Assembly (NCBI RefSeq): GCF_001194135.2
Contig: NC_068988.1
Location: forward strand, 53,507,500 to 53,566,025
Reading direction: 5' to 3'
Length of the DNA: 58,526 bases
From: Octopus bimaculoides
Taxonomy: Eukaryota
The notes beneath the pieces were generated by a model. The model was given only the letters and a program-made list of their open reading frames with translations. It searched no databases and was not told where the DNA came from. How positions within the stretch are numbered: the first letter of the stretch is position 1; every line of letters begins with the position of its first letter. Positions 22,001 through 35,399 of this stretch are shown piece by piece. Made by a program: the position numbers and the translations under genes.

Positions 22001-22664
22001 AAATGTTACGGATCCACACTGATTTTAGTTGGCATAATTGTAAAGGAAAATGTCAAAATACACATTTTATTGTTTCTTTCTTTACGCCTGCACCTCGTTT
22101 GGAGAAGGCGCCGTATGTATGTATCTACTTATGTATGTATGCATGTGTTCGTATGTGTGTGTATGTATGTATGTATGTATGTATGTATGCATGTATGAAC
22201 GTATACATGTTTCAGGATGTGGTACCAAAGCTAAGATAAGTGGTCTAAGTGTCAAAAGTGAGATGCTATTCATAGATAACTTAAGGACTTTAGACAGGCG
22301 AGTTCAGACGACTATGTGGTAAAATGAATCTTTGTTGACCGAAAACAATTAATCTGGTCTGTTGAAGGGGGACTATTTCCTAGAACTTGCTTCTTTGAAT
22401 AAAATAATTCAAGCCGTTCATTTGAATTAAACTGTAACAACAGATTGGAGTGATAAACCTACTGATAATATCTCGCTTCTCGGAAATATATCTCCTCTTA
22501 TATGAGTCTTAAACAAATCTTAATTCTTCATATTCTTCGCACAGGCTTTCTGTTTTATGTAGCTATTTAGAAGTAAGTTGCTCCTTATTGTAAGTTCAGC
22601 GAATATCATTTACAGTGACTGATAAGAGTGGAGAAGTGCTTAGAGATGTACGGTAAAGAAGTAA

Positions 22665-23260
22665 CGGTAGAGGACTGAGTGAAATGTTTTGCCATATTTA
22701 GCCATGCCGTTTTACGTTCTGAGTTCAAATTACACTGGGGTCCGCTTTGTCTTTCAATACCTCTGGAATCATAACATAAACATAAATGTGAATCAAATTA
22801 TAAGGTCAATTTAATCGATTAAACTTGCAAATTCATGATCTTGTGCAGTTTTTCTTTTTTTATTCATTTTCTTTATTTTCATCTTTTTTCCTTATTTTGT
22901 ATTTTATTTTATTTTTCTGGCAGATGGGACATCCATTGTTCATGTCCTTTTACAACGCTTCCGAGACTTGTGGGAAGAAGAGAGATATCCTCCAACCTGA
23001 GATTTGGTTTGAATACTTGCAACAGTGCAGACAGCGTTAAAGGTACCCACGGAGCCAGGTTGTCGTGTTAAGCAGGGCGGAAAATTAAGCCTAGAGTTGT
23101 AAACATCCAGGATAAAACAGAGTCGTTAGAGCGTCGAAAAGGATGTTTTGCGGTATTCGTTTCGACTTTCCACACTTTGAGTTGAAATCTAGGTGACATC
23201 AGTTTTTGTGGTCGAAAAAAATAAGTACAAGACTGTGTGGGGTGGGGTGCAGATTGACCG
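22665..23260 (+). mobile_element. Two old family A SINE remnants
   Basis: ttacgttctgagttcaaat near 22712-22730, and a second remnant at about 23110-23260. Confidence 0.55.
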
Positions 23261-23984
23261 AATTGCTAGAGCATGAGAGAAGATACCTTACAATATATCC
23301 ATTCAGGCTCTTAGAGTTCTGGGTTCAAAATACTGTGTAGATGTCAAAGACCAGAGTTAATCTCTCGACAACAGGAACACTCAGTTCAACTTGTAATTAG
23401 CCTATATAACAAATAGTCTTGCAGCCAACACAGATTAACTGACAACGGCATGTCGTGATTCCATCCAGCAATGAATTAAACACAGTCGACTGAAACAGAA
23501 AATGTATTCATGAAAGAAAGCTTCGTTGAATAGAGATACGATCCAAGTGGTTGAAATACTGGAAGCTGTTTCCTGTTTCAATCACCCAAATTTCTGATCA
23601 TTTGTTTTCTATTACGTTAAATAGTTACTGCTCTTAAGGGCTGGGTCATTGGTAAGCCTACCATAGAGGAGCATTTTAATTTTTTTTTTTTTTATCAGGT
23701 GGGAATATATTTTCTATGATCATTTTACAGGATCATCAACACAGGTGGTAAGTAGGGAGAAGGTAACTTCAAAACCGGAAGTCCGAGCTGATTCCTTGAA
23801 TCAACAGGACTCTGCTAGAGGCACTCACATTGCCAGGTGGTAGCGTTAAACTGGACGACGGGTTAATTTCATCACCCATATAAACTATGCCGGAATTTGA
23901 ACTCACAAGGCATCTAGTCCAACGTTCTTACAATTCCAAAGTTCCTCGTCCTGGATTAGTACTTTAATTATCGAAATGATAACT

Positions 23985-24120
23985 AAATGATTAAATGATT
24001 AAAGGCAAAATTAAGCTCGGTGGGATTCGGACTCAGAGCGCCGAGTGTCAGAACAAATCCCGCGAGGCATTCTATCCGATAGTCTAACGTCTCTGCCAAT
24101 TCGCTGCCTATTTCAGTCAT
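23985..24120 (-). mobile_element. Family A SINE (old)
   Basis: aaaggcaaa...ctcggtgggattcggactcagag...ctaacgtctctgccaattcgctgcct. Confidence 0.65.
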
Positions 24121-25196
24121 TAGATGACAAAACTGAGAAAACTTGGATACGCTCAAGTATACTTTGCCTGCCACACAGAACGTTACTCCAGAACAGACAG
24201 GTGGGTAACCTATGATGAAAGATTCGGTTTGTATTAGGTACAGGAAACTGTTACATCAAGATAGTGGATCAAAAATGCAGGCCAGTTTAACACCATCACT
24301 TGTTTCTTGGATCCCTTTAGTGCAGTTTACTCCGTAGCAAGAAGTCAGACCGCCCATGTTATTCTTACAAACATTGGTCTACAGTTTCTCAGAGTGGATA
24401 TCAGCCATATTGATTCATATAGATACAAAAATCCTTGGTACTCATTCTTCCTCACTGGTTATTTTTCTTTAGAAAGAGCAACAATTTCACGACTAGTTCT
24501 AACTTTAAGTTGATTAAATCATACACATTAAATGAATAAGCAATTTATTATTGTATTTATAGCTCACGAAATAACCGTAGCAATACACTACTTTTAAAAC
24601 TGATACTTCACAGCAGATCAGTTGAAATTTAGACATAAAATACAAATAAACCGGTGTCATATTTGGTCGTATTGCCTTTTCTTTAATTGAAACCATAATC
24701 TGTAATGAAGGCTGTAGTTTGGACAATAACAATGGTTCTTATAATTTCAGAAAGTACTATAAGCTCAAATAGACCAAATGAGTTATCTACCAATCTAACA
24801 ATTATCCGAACTAACAACGAGAATTTATAGCAAGTCGAGCGATCGCGTATACATGTTAGAAATAACAGCGAAATCTCCCTCAAAACAATGACTCTTAACG
24901 TAATAAATTATTCAATTATTCAAACACTACACTATTTAATATTTCATGTTTAAGATATTATGTATGTTTTGATGGAGGCTTAGGCTACTATTTTTATAGG
25001 TCGAGTGTCCAAGTAGAGATTTTCTCATTGGCTTCTTCATTGTCTAAAGATGTGTTAGTAGTGGGTTTTTCTTTTTGTGCATGGTTGCAATGAGTCATTT
25101 TTTTTTTAAAACAGGAGTTTTGACCTGACAGTTTGTTAGCACTAAACAAAGGTGCTTTCAGCATTGATGTAACGATGAACTAGCCTTGCTCTAGCC

Positions 25197-25324
25197 CAGT
25201 GGTCCGCATCCTTATATTCTTCTCAAAATTCGGCGGCACACTGAACTAAAAATATAACAGGGGAAAAAATTATATTCAGGTTACACTGCGGCACACCTAG
25301 CGGCATACCGGTTGCAGAACACTG
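25197..25324. mobile_element. hAT (Charlie-like) MITE
   Basis: TIRs cagtggtccgcatcc / ggttgcagaacactg match at 12 of 15. The 8-bp flanks are ctctagcc / ctctaatc. gcggcac motifs repeat internally. Confidence 0.7.
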
Positions 25325-25984
25325 CTCTAATCTAGATTCACTTCAAGGACTATGTCTTAGAGCAAATTTGGTCGTTTACTAAATCAAACAAGTCGAACAT
25401 ATCAAACCATCACTGACTAAATAGGAACAAGTACGAAACTTCCTTTTTCTTTTTACTTTTCACCTTTTAAGTCAACATTCTAGCGTTAGTCCCATGCTTT
25501 ATTAGAAATATGTACTGAATTAAGTACTGGCCTTGATCTAAATACGGGTATGTTTATCTATAACACGCAATTCACATGACAGTTAAAGTATCAGAAAAAA
25601 TACACAGCAGCAGAGAACATAAAGAAAGCTACCAGCAGTTAGTTCTAAGTAATGATAAAATGTAATAGAATTCTTGGTGAAGATATGGGAAAAGACAGAA
25701 ATATTAAAATTCTATATAGTCATATAAATTTCATGCGTTAACGGAGAAGCAAAGAACGAAAAGCTTAAACTAGATTAATTCTTTATAAGCTAGAAAGGCG
25801 TAGCTAATGATATGGACTGGGGTTGATAATAAACTAATAGCTTGAAAACTAGGCCATGAGATATGATAAAGACGAACAAGTACATAAAACAATAGATTCA
25901 TAATTTCTTACATACGCATTAAATGTCAGAATTACAGAGGTGAAGTAATTAGGATTTTGTTATGTTCGTGATTTTCTCCAGAAA

Positions 25985-26160
25985 ATTGGTTTCAAATTTT
26001 GGTACAAGGCCAGCAATTTCGGCGTGAGTTGGGTAAAGTCTATTTCATCGATCCCACTGCCCGACTGGTACTTATTTTATCAATTCCGAGGAGATGAAAG
26101 ACATAGTCAACCTCGGCGAAATTTGAACTCAGGACGTAAAGATGGATGAAATGCCGCAAC
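25985..26160 (-). mobile_element. Family A SINE lacking its extreme head
   Basis: tttggtacaaggccagcaatttc tail through atttgaactcaggacgtaaag. Confidence 0.8.
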
Positions 26161-26239
26161 ATGGACAAAAGCAACAAACGCAACAGCAACAACAACTATA
26201 AACTGCACACAAGAAGAGACTGCTCTTACCAACCAGCCA

Positions 26240-27205
26240 TTCATTGTGTTATTATATCAGTAACAGTTTTGATATGGTCAATGAAGGGAGAATGCAAGAT
26301 GTTAATGCAAAAGATTTGAGAGGGTTAACAAAGTCACGTAGTAAGAGTTTATCTGTTGAAGATCTGCAGCAGTTAGCACAGCAAAGCATCCAAAATGAAC
26401 CCGTAAAATATATTGTAGAAGCAGTAAGAAAGAAATTTTATTTCTGAATAACTCAATAACAAGACTGCGGAAATCCAGGAGCAATTTACTGAGAATGACT
26501 CCACACTGCAGCAAAACAAAGACAGGCGTTCTGAACATGAAACTCTGTTGCTGTGAATTGCTTAGTGAGCAAAAGACTCAAGAAAACGCAGACGACGTTA
26601 GATACAGACATCATTAGACGCAAACAACTGTAGAGACATACATTTGACGCAGACGACATTAGACGCAGAAGATTGTAGACGCAGAGGACATTAGACACAG
26701 ATGCAGTTTTTAGATTAGATGCAGTTTTTAAAAAGCAGCCAATACACAAGAAAGAACGACATCTTGAAACCCCACCCCAGATATAGCACATTATATTTCT
26801 CAGTAGTGATATTTAGCTGAATTTAATGGTGAGTAGGTCAATGTACTTGTGATTAAAATTGATTAATTTAACCTACTTATAATTTTATAACATTAGATCT
26901 TAACTACAGCTCGTTTTGGAATTTTATCATAACTTTAGATCACAGTGCATAACATCACATTGTGTGCCATTATCTCAAGTTATTAGGTGCTTGAAAAGCG
27001 CGACAGCGAGTTTCTGTTTTTTTTTTTTAAGTCGTATAACTGTATCTATTATCATCTTTTGAATTTATGTTATTGTTAAAAATTGCTTATAGAGTTGGTA
27101 TCTCTATAAATGCCGTTATAATGACACCATATAACACGGCTTCGTTTAGCCTAGTTAGTATTCTTTAGAAACGTAACTAGAGCGCTAATTGTAGTATTAC
27201 AGTAT
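26240..27205 (+). mobile_element. Tigger/pogo transposon 3' relic
   Basis: DVNAKDLRGLTKSRSKSLSVEDLQQLAQQ and FTENDSTLQQ resemble the Tigger transposase C-terminus. A possible right end is ...gtagtattacag|ta. Confidence 0.5.
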
Positions 27206-28274
27206 GTGATGCATTTGTTACGAGATATATTATAGGTGACTAAAGAAGGCATGCCAGATGGACTTGGGAGGAAATGGCAGGCATTTTTAGTTCAGAGGAA
27301 CGAAGAGTTGATTTGTAATGATACTTTTGGCTGATTGAGGAGACTGCATCCTGTGGGCTAGAGGCTATAGAGTGTTGATCAAGAGTGATGAGATCAAGAA
27401 TGTTTGTGCATGAGACAATAAAACTGTCCTATATGAGGGATCAGTGTTCCATAGTAAGTTTTACTTGAACTTTGTGAAGAGTTAGTAGTTGATGGTAAAG
27501 CAAAAGATTATATTTATTAAAAGAAAGAAACACTGTCAGAGAAGGATAAATAAAATTCAAAGGGAGGGAGAAACAGGGTGGGAATGGAGGGATGAAATAG
27601 AGAAAGGTGGATGAAGAGAGAGGCCTTCCGATTCCGGTTCCTAAATCAAACATGTAAAAACAAAAAATCACTGAGATTGAATGCGGTGTAACCTATGCTT
27701 GACTGAAGAGGGCTAATAATACCGAAACATATGAGTAGTTATTAAAATAATTACAATGGCATTTGTTATGCACCTAATGTTGTCTCTTCTTCATCACACA
27801 AGGATTTGTAATTAAATTTTTAATGCTCAGTGCTAAATAAAATATGTTAAAACAACAAAATATGCTAACGCTAATTTAACTTGAATTGAATATCTGTGTT
27901 TATGAGGGTGAAATTTGAGAAATGCTTCCGACACAAACACTCTTAAGTTTAATGATGCGCAGACTTACAATCTCTACAATAACAAGCAGTACAATGATGC
28001 CCACTGTATATCAATTTTCAGTAACATCATCAGCAGAACAAAGCATTCAGATATCTCCAGTGAAAAAAAATTACTTTGAATATAAATGTATTGTTCAGAA
28101 ATGACGTATTTTGATAAACGATGTCTTTCATGAAAAATCTTGGGTATCAGTCGACGAGATAATGCAAACAGCGATGACGTATTACGTCGAATTAACCAAT
28201 AGCAAGCAACAAAATTATGGTGAGGCGCAGGAGCTAGAGTTATTAAATACACGTTAAAAATCACCAAACACACG

Positions 28275-28326
<52 letters not shown>

Positions 28327-28384
28327 TATGGAAGTATGCTAGTGTGTGCTGAAAAGTTCAATGAAGTCCTGCATTTATTAATTT

Positions 28385-28757
28385 AAGCTCTTAGCAAAGG
28401 AGGAGGTATTGTTTTCAGTCGCGTTTGTTTGTTTGTTTGTTTGTCCGTGAACAAGATATCTCAAGAACCACTGGATGGATTCGGATGAAACTTTTAAGGA
28501 TGTTTGGCCTCGTGACTGGTACGAACTGATTAGGTTTTGGGATTGATCTGGTACCGGACAAGGATTCTTGATTATTTTTCCGTTTTTTTTTACTTAATTT
28601 TTGAGAGCGATCGGGTTCATTTTTAGTATTCTCGTTTGTGAGAGCTGTCAAGTTTATTTTAGATATTCTCATTTTAAAAGTCATCTCTGGCTAATCATTG
28701 AGAGGACGTTGGTGGTGCCTTGACGGAGGTTTTGCTTTCTGGGTGGTCTTGTTAGTA
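28385..28757 (+). mobile_element. Helentron-type non-autonomous element (HINE/DINE-1-like)
   Basis: 5' ...aaggaggaggtattgttttc, an internal (GTTT)n followed by gtccgtgaacaagatatctc, and a 3' gccttgacggagg...tagt end. This architecture matches DINE-1-like elements as I recall them. Confidence 0.6.
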
Positions 28758-28839
28758 ACTGCATTGTTTCTTTTCCAGGTAAACTAATAGCTAACCATTC
28801 AAAGAACACTTCAAAAGTAACTAGTAGCAACTTCTCTTG

Positions 28840-29080
28840 AAAATCGACAAAATTTGGCATCGTACTGTTAATCAAATACCTGCAGAAAAAGCGCCCCCGA
28901 GGACATTCACGCTGATATGGTTGCTACATTAGGGGATAACGCACCAGCTTTATCAACAGTGCAAAAGTAGACTTTTCGAGATTACCCAAGATCTGGACGT
29001 CCTGCAACTGCCACCACCGAAGAAAACATTAATCGTGTTCACCACATGCTGATGAATGACAGACGATTGGCTATAAATTA
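28840..29080 (+). mobile_element. Mariner transposase N-terminal fragment
   Basis: DKIWHR../IKYLQKK../DIHADMVATLGDNAPALSTVQK../DYPRSGRPATATTEENINRVHHMLMNDRRLAIN, with frameshifts and a deletion. It ends at a SINE insertion. Confidence 0.85.
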
Positions 29081-29300
29081 TTTTCTTTTCTGTTCTTGGC
29101 ACAAGGCCTGAAGTTTTTGGGGAGGAAGGGCCAATCGATTGGATCGACCCCAGTACGCAACTGGTACTTAATTTATCGACCGCGAAAGGATGAAAGGCAA
29201 AGTCAACCTCGGCGGAATTTGAACTAAGAACGTAAAGACAGACGAAATACCGATAAACATTTCGCCCGGTGTACTAACGTTTCTGCCAGCTCGCCGCCTT
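29081..29300 (-). mobile_element. Family A SINE, full length, inserted in the mariner relic
   Basis: A-box-like tggcagaaacgttag and B-box gttcaaattcc. 17-bp TSD cgattg(g/a)ctataaatta at 29064-29080 and 29301-29317. Confidence 0.95.
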
Positions 29301-29704
29301 CGATTGACTATAAATTAAAAAGCTAGAATCTTCAGAAAACGAAAGAGACAGACTATCACATAGATTACAGATACAATCTGTAAACGATTCTCCGTAAGTT
29401 CTCTGTAACAATTTATCGTAATTTCCACAAATTCCTTCGACGAACGTTTTGCTTCTAGGTTAGAAGGTAGCTCTTCTAGTAAATAAATAAAACACGAAGA
29501 TTCTAAATTCACACAGCACTGCGTTATATTGGTAAATATCTAAGTGCAAGATTGCCATGCGCCCATATTTCCTTGAACATGTCTTGGGTACAGGTGTTAA
29601 AATTTGCGCCTGAAAAGAATTTGATGCAAATAAATGAATTAAAATAAAATAAAATATTAAATATAAGATGAAATATAAAATAAATGATAAATTAAATACA
29701 AGGT

Positions 29705-29737
<33 letters not shown>

Positions 29738-29772
29738 TATAGATAGATAGATAGATAGATAGATAGAGATAG

Positions 29773-29813
<41 letters not shown>

Positions 29814-29877
29814 CAGAGACAGGAAGGGAGAGAGAGAGAGAAATTCATTTTGTTGGCCAATATTATTAGTAAATAAC

Positions 29878-30055
29878 AGGGCGGCTAGCAGGCGGAATCG
29901 CTAGTACACCAGGCAAAATGCTCAACGGTATTTCGTCCGTCTTTACGTTCTGAGTTCAAATTCTGCTGAGGTCGACTTTGTCCTTCATCCCATTCAGGGT
30001 CGATAAAATAAGTACCCTCGAAATTCCTGGCTTTGTGCCAAAATTTGAAACCATT
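29878..30055 (+). mobile_element. Family A SINE with a short internal deletion
   Basis: Head, B box, gataaaataagtacc, and tail ctggctttgtgccaaaatttgaaacc. Confidence 0.85.
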
Positions 30056-30199
30056 ATATTATTATTTTACATATTTTTATGACGACCGAATTTTCCACTT
30101 GCCTCAAGAGACNNNNNNNNNNNNNNNNNNNNNNNNNNNNNNNNNNNNNNNNNNNNNNNNNNNNNNNNNNATATAATGGATGTACGTGAGCGCGTGAAA

Positions 30200-30422
30200 A
30201 ATAACTATTGTATAATGTATTTATTTATGATGTATCAGTCAAATACTGATGACCAAATGGGAGGGTGAGTGAAGTCTACAATAACGGATACAATAACCCG
30301 AAGACTCCATAGTCTCGAGTGAGGGGTGCGTTAATAAACTTGCACCACAGTCAGTAACGTAATCAAATGTCATTTAGAAAAAAGCTCCATATGACATGAA
30401 TTAAATTAACCACACATCTACC

Positions 30423-30477
<55 letters not shown>

Positions 30478-30900
30478 AACGAAGGTCAATTTTAACGGGT
30501 GCAGTAAGTGTGCCGAATTAGTTGCCTCACATGGAAAACAAATTTCACGGAATTAAATAGCTTACCGCGTCTTTTCTTATCTTTTACTTATTTTTTTTGC
30601 TCATTACTTCCAGTTTGGCGCCCAGCCTTCGTTCTTCAAAATATCTTTGTCGACCAATCATATCATATCACAACATTGCTTTATCCTGGTTGCTTGTCAC
30701 AGCCTCTTAGACATGGACATGAAGGAACAAGATTAAGCTGACCTCCTATCACTTTTTATATCTTTGCTATAAATATGCATTTAAGATAAGCCTCTCTTAT
30801 TAAACACACATTAAAAACTGGGTAACATTTACTTAATAGAAACTAGATTTTGAGGAAACTAGTGACTGTCTGCATCGATAAAACTAAATATATGGAATTC
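30200..30900 (+). repeat. About 700-bp unit, copy 1 of a diverged direct duplication
   Basis: Colinear with 35400-36070 at an offset of about 5188 bp. Identical blocks of 35, 18, 18, 16 and 15 bp. Confidence 0.9.
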
Positions 30901-30989
30901 AGTTATGCTACTGTTGCTGCTGCTGTTGTTGTTGTTGTTGCTATTGTTGCTGCTGCTGCGGCTACTGCAGCTGGTGTTCTTCTTGTTGG

Positions 30990-32482
30990 GATCTTGTGAA
31001 ATTCTTTCCAACCACTAGCATTTTCTGAAATAATCACCAGAATAATTTGAAATATCCTACACAGATATAGTTTCGCATGCTTGATGAGCGAGATCACAAA
31101 CATTTTCTCAACATGCAAAACTAGATCAGAACTGCATTTTTTTGAAAATAATCTGGTGTAAATTTGGAAAAACTTGAAGTTTTTCGAAGAAATTCATCAA
31201 CATTCTCTCGCACTGATATTCGGAATGATGAAAAAAAATGGTATGTACTCAACGCAGCAAAAGATATTCTATCCATGACGGTACAAAATTCACAACAGTC
31301 TAAAAAGATAGTATCCTTCTAGACATTCTAATAGGAACGTTTCATATGAGGCACCGAAATATAAATATTGATTTAAAAGTTTGGCACAAAGCCAACAATT
31401 TCGTGGTGGATGGTAAGCTGATTACATCGACCTAAATGTTCAACTGGTACTTATTCTATCAACCCCGAAAGAATGAGAAGCTAAGTCAATCCCAGCGACA
31501 TTTGAACTCAGAGCGTGAAATCAGAAGAAATGTCATTAAGTATTTTGTCCAGCTCGGTAACGATTCTGCCAGTTCGGAATATCGAAACATGGCATACCCC
31601 ATTCACATTACGAAAACCTATGGATATGTTATGGATATGTCAGTAGTAACCAAGAACGACTCTGCTAAGTCGGAAACTGACAAACTAAACACTTTAATGG
31701 CAAACCTCAGAGTAACGTAGTATGTAATCCATTTTTGCTAACCTTATAAACAGTAAAAGCATATCCATTCTTTTTTCTGCCACATGAATGTATACGTCGA
31801 AGATGTACAGGTAGACTAGAAAAAAGTTTATATCTCAAAATATAATGCCGATGAAATACATAGGAATAAAAGTTTTAAAGAGATGATGAAAAATAGAAGA
31901 TAATAAAATAGCTGAGGCCACTACGAGGCAAGATAACAAAGTATTTGATAGCATAATGTTTGTAGACAACATCCCTCATAGTAAAATAGTTAATAGTTAA
32001 GAAAAAATCTTTCAAAAATTTACGTTCAATATAACGTGGAAAAAAAGTAGATATATCGATCGTAATAAGTTCTATCCGCTTGATAGGTACGCATGTAAAA
32101 CAATCACAAAGTATAAGTCCCTCCATCCAGCAAAAAAAAAACATGAATTAATGTAGATTAAAAAACATAACATATCGGATAAAGTAACAAGAAAAATCGT
32201 GAACAAACCTCCAAACGAAATTTGCAGAGTGGAGACAGTCAGGAGTATAGGTGAAAGACTCTATGGTCAGTGGAACATCTCTTCCGGAAAAATATATCTA
32301 TATGTAACCAACGTGCATTAGATAAACGCGGCGAATCAACCAATACATATAATGTGGATATTATATGTACACAGCTTTATAATCAACAAAAAAGACAGGT
32401 TACTGAATCAGTTTACATACAAGAGTACAAACCTAGTTTTAACCGTAGTCTTAATGGAGTAAAACCAAAGCAACATATTTAA
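30990..32482 (+). mobile_element. Degenerate Penelope-like element (RT end plus GIY-YIG)
   Basis: Near 32170-32480: YIG...NLQTKFAEW and KRQVTESVYIQEYKPSFNR (GIY-YIG C-terminus). Weaker RT-like ITNIFSTCKTRSELHFFENNL near 31090. Interrupted by a family A SINE. Confidence 0.45.
31372..31575 (-). mobile_element. Family A SINE
   Basis: Signature blocks. Lies inside the Penelope-like relic. Confidence 0.8.
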
Positions 32483-33602
32483 CAAATGCATATATTCCTC
32501 GCTAGGTCAGCTTCAGTTACACATACACACACACACACACATTTGCACGCACGTACGCACACACTCGCGCAATTATTCATTCTTTACTATAACGGTTGAA
32601 AAATTCACTTTAGCAAGACTCCAATATTCACAGACAACTATTTTAAGCAGACTTTGAGACAACTGTTATATATATAGCGAATGATATCAATAAACTTTCA
32701 AAGCTCGAACCAGGAGAAGAAGCAAAAATATTAATATTGATTACTATAAACAATATCAATGATAATAAATAAATATTACAAACAGTACATTGGGCTGAAA
32801 AGGTGAACGAGGAAGAGGGGGGGGGGAACAAAGGCACATTGAATCGGATAAAAACAAAAGCTCAAAAGCGTTTAAAGCTCAAATATTAACAATACATTTC
32901 TCAAATCCAAAGTTTGAAAAAAATGTAAATCCATTCACACACAGCAAAGGGAAAATATTTCAAAACATCAAAAAACAAACTAATTTACATATATCAAACT
33001 GACATGTTGAATGTAAAATAATTAGACATATAAACAAAAGAAGAAGCAAATGTAAAAGAACGTAAAGAAAGTAATCCTCGATGTTTATAAACACTAGCTG
33101 TTAACAGATTTTGCAACAAATACAATGAAATAGTTTTAGTAACCAGGTTACGAAAGTTTTTTGACACTTCATAATAGACAATATTGTAGCAAAAAATTGG
33201 GTATAATAGGTTTTTGTACAGCCTTAAATGCTTAAGAGGATAAAGAGGATACAAACATACATACAGACACACAGATATATAAACATTTATATACATACAT
33301 TATATATATATATATATATATNNNNNNNNNNNNNNNNNNNNNNNNNNNNNNNNNNNNNNNNNNNNNNNNNNNNNNNNNNNNNNNNNNNNNNNNNNNNNNN
33401 NNNNNNNNNNNNNNNNNNNNNNNNNNNNNNNNNNNNNNNNNNNNNNNNNNNNNNNNNNNNNNNNNNNNNNNNNNNNNNNNNNNNNNNNNNNNNNNNNNNN
33501 NNNNNNNNNNNNNNNNNNNNNNNNNNNNNNNNNNNNNNNNNNNNNNNNNNNNNNNNNNNNNNNNNNNNNNNNNNNNNNNNNNNNNNNNNNNNNNNNNNNN
33601 NN

Positions 33603-33648
<46 letters not shown>

Positions 33649-33749
33649 GCTTCTTTCTTTGCTTTTATCTGACAATTTAATCCACTTAGTAGATGTTTGT
33701 GGTTGCATTGTTTCAATAAGGAAGTATGCAAAGAACGTGATATAATAAA

Positions 33750-33796
<47 letters not shown>

Positions 33797-33950
33797 TTGT
33801 ATGGGTGCGTATTAAAAGAAAGAGTGAGACAGCAAAAGACGTCCATACAAACATGCATGCATACATACGTACATATGTATATGCACACATACATACATAC
33901 ATACATACATACATACATACATACATACATACATACATACATACATACAT

Positions 33951-34481
33951 AGAAGAGGAGAGAAAGAGAACTGTGCACAGTACTAGAAATCAACTGCCCT
34001 GCGGATGTTAACATGAAGCTAAAGATCAGCGAAAAAGGAAATACATACGCTGAACTAGTGAGAAATCCGCAGTTACTCTACCCAGATTACAAATTCAGGT
34101 TTATACCTGTAATTATTGAGGCACTGAGATATGTAACACACTACCTAAGTACCAATCTTGATGAATTAAGTTTCTCAAAACCGGAAAGGAGAAAACTGAT
34201 TCGAAGACTACAGATCCAAGCCATCACAGTAAAACTTTCCAGAGGTTTATCATATAAGTATATATGCGCATGTCTAGACACACAACTATCTGCATGAGAA
34301 TGCATACATAAAACAAAACATACAAATCTGCACATGCAGTGACTCCAAATACTGCACATATACACACATACATACAGAAACACCTTTTTGGTGTTGATGA
34401 AATTCCAGTAAAGAAGCCTTGTATCTAGGTTAGAAACCAGTTCTTTATTGGCAAGAAATCTTGAAATAAAACTGAATAATA
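33951..34481 (+). mobile_element. 3' fragment of an RLE-type non-LTR retrotransposon flanked by (ACAT)n
   Basis: The frame from 33953 reads ELCTVLEINCPADVNMKLKISEKGNTYAELVRNPQLLYPDYKFRFIPVIIEAL...RRLQIQAIT, an RLE C-terminus parallel to IIDIACPAD...EERKVERY in the 57688-58526 copy. The 3' UTR ends in aaatcttgaaataaaactgaataat. (ATAC)n lies on both sides. Confidence 0.75.
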
Positions 34482-34542
34482 ACACACATACATACATACG
34501 TAGGTACGTCCATATAGGTATAAACACTCATATATGTATTAT

Positions 34543-34601
<59 letters not shown>

Positions 34602-35197
34602 NNNNNNNNNNNNNNNNNNNNNNNNNNNNNNNNNNNNNNNNNNNNNNNNNNNNNNNNNNNNNNNNNNNNNNNNNNNNNNNNNNNNNNNNNNNNNNNNNNN
34701 NNNNNNNNNNNNNNNNNNNNNNNNNNNNNNNNNNNNNNNNNNNNNNNNNNNNNNNNNNNNNNNNNNNNNNNNNNNNNNNNNNNNNNNNNNNNNNNNNNNN
34801 NNNNNNNNNNNNNNNNNNNNNNNNNNNNNNNNNNNNNNNNNNNNNNNNNNNNNNNNNNNNNNNNNNNNNNNNNNNNNNNNNNNNNNNNNNNNNNNNNNNN
34901 NNNNNNNNNNNNNNNNNNNNNNNNNNNNNNNNNNNNNNNNNNNNNNNNNNNNNNNNNNNNNNNNNNNNNNNNNNNNNNNNNNNNNNNNNNNNNNNNNNNN
35001 NNNNNNNNNNNNNNNATATATATATATATACGTGAGCAAATGTATAGTAAATACACAAACGAAAACAAACACAGAATGACAAGTTAAAAAAATGTACGAA
35101 ATGCACAGTCGAAGGGAAAACATATTAAATGCACAGGCGAACGGAAAACCGACAAAGGTCTCTAATATGAGTGAGACTTTTGTCAGAAAGGTCTCTA

Positions 35198-35236
<39 letters not shown>

Positions 35237-35399
35237 CGAAGTTACAAAGGCACATACAGCTGAACGACTGCATCGGTGTGATGGTTTTATGCCGAAATAA
35301 CACCGGTTCACTTGCATACATGCCCTACACAGAAAGATCGATAATATTTACAGTAAGATAGATAGTATGTTATGCTTGTGTGTGTGAGCAAACATTAAT

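Noticed and set aside
27695-27745. Hammerhead-like CTGAAGA...GAAACATATG
   Set aside because: Stem II has only 2 bp, U16.1 is missing and stem I cannot be formed. At best it is a badly decayed relic.
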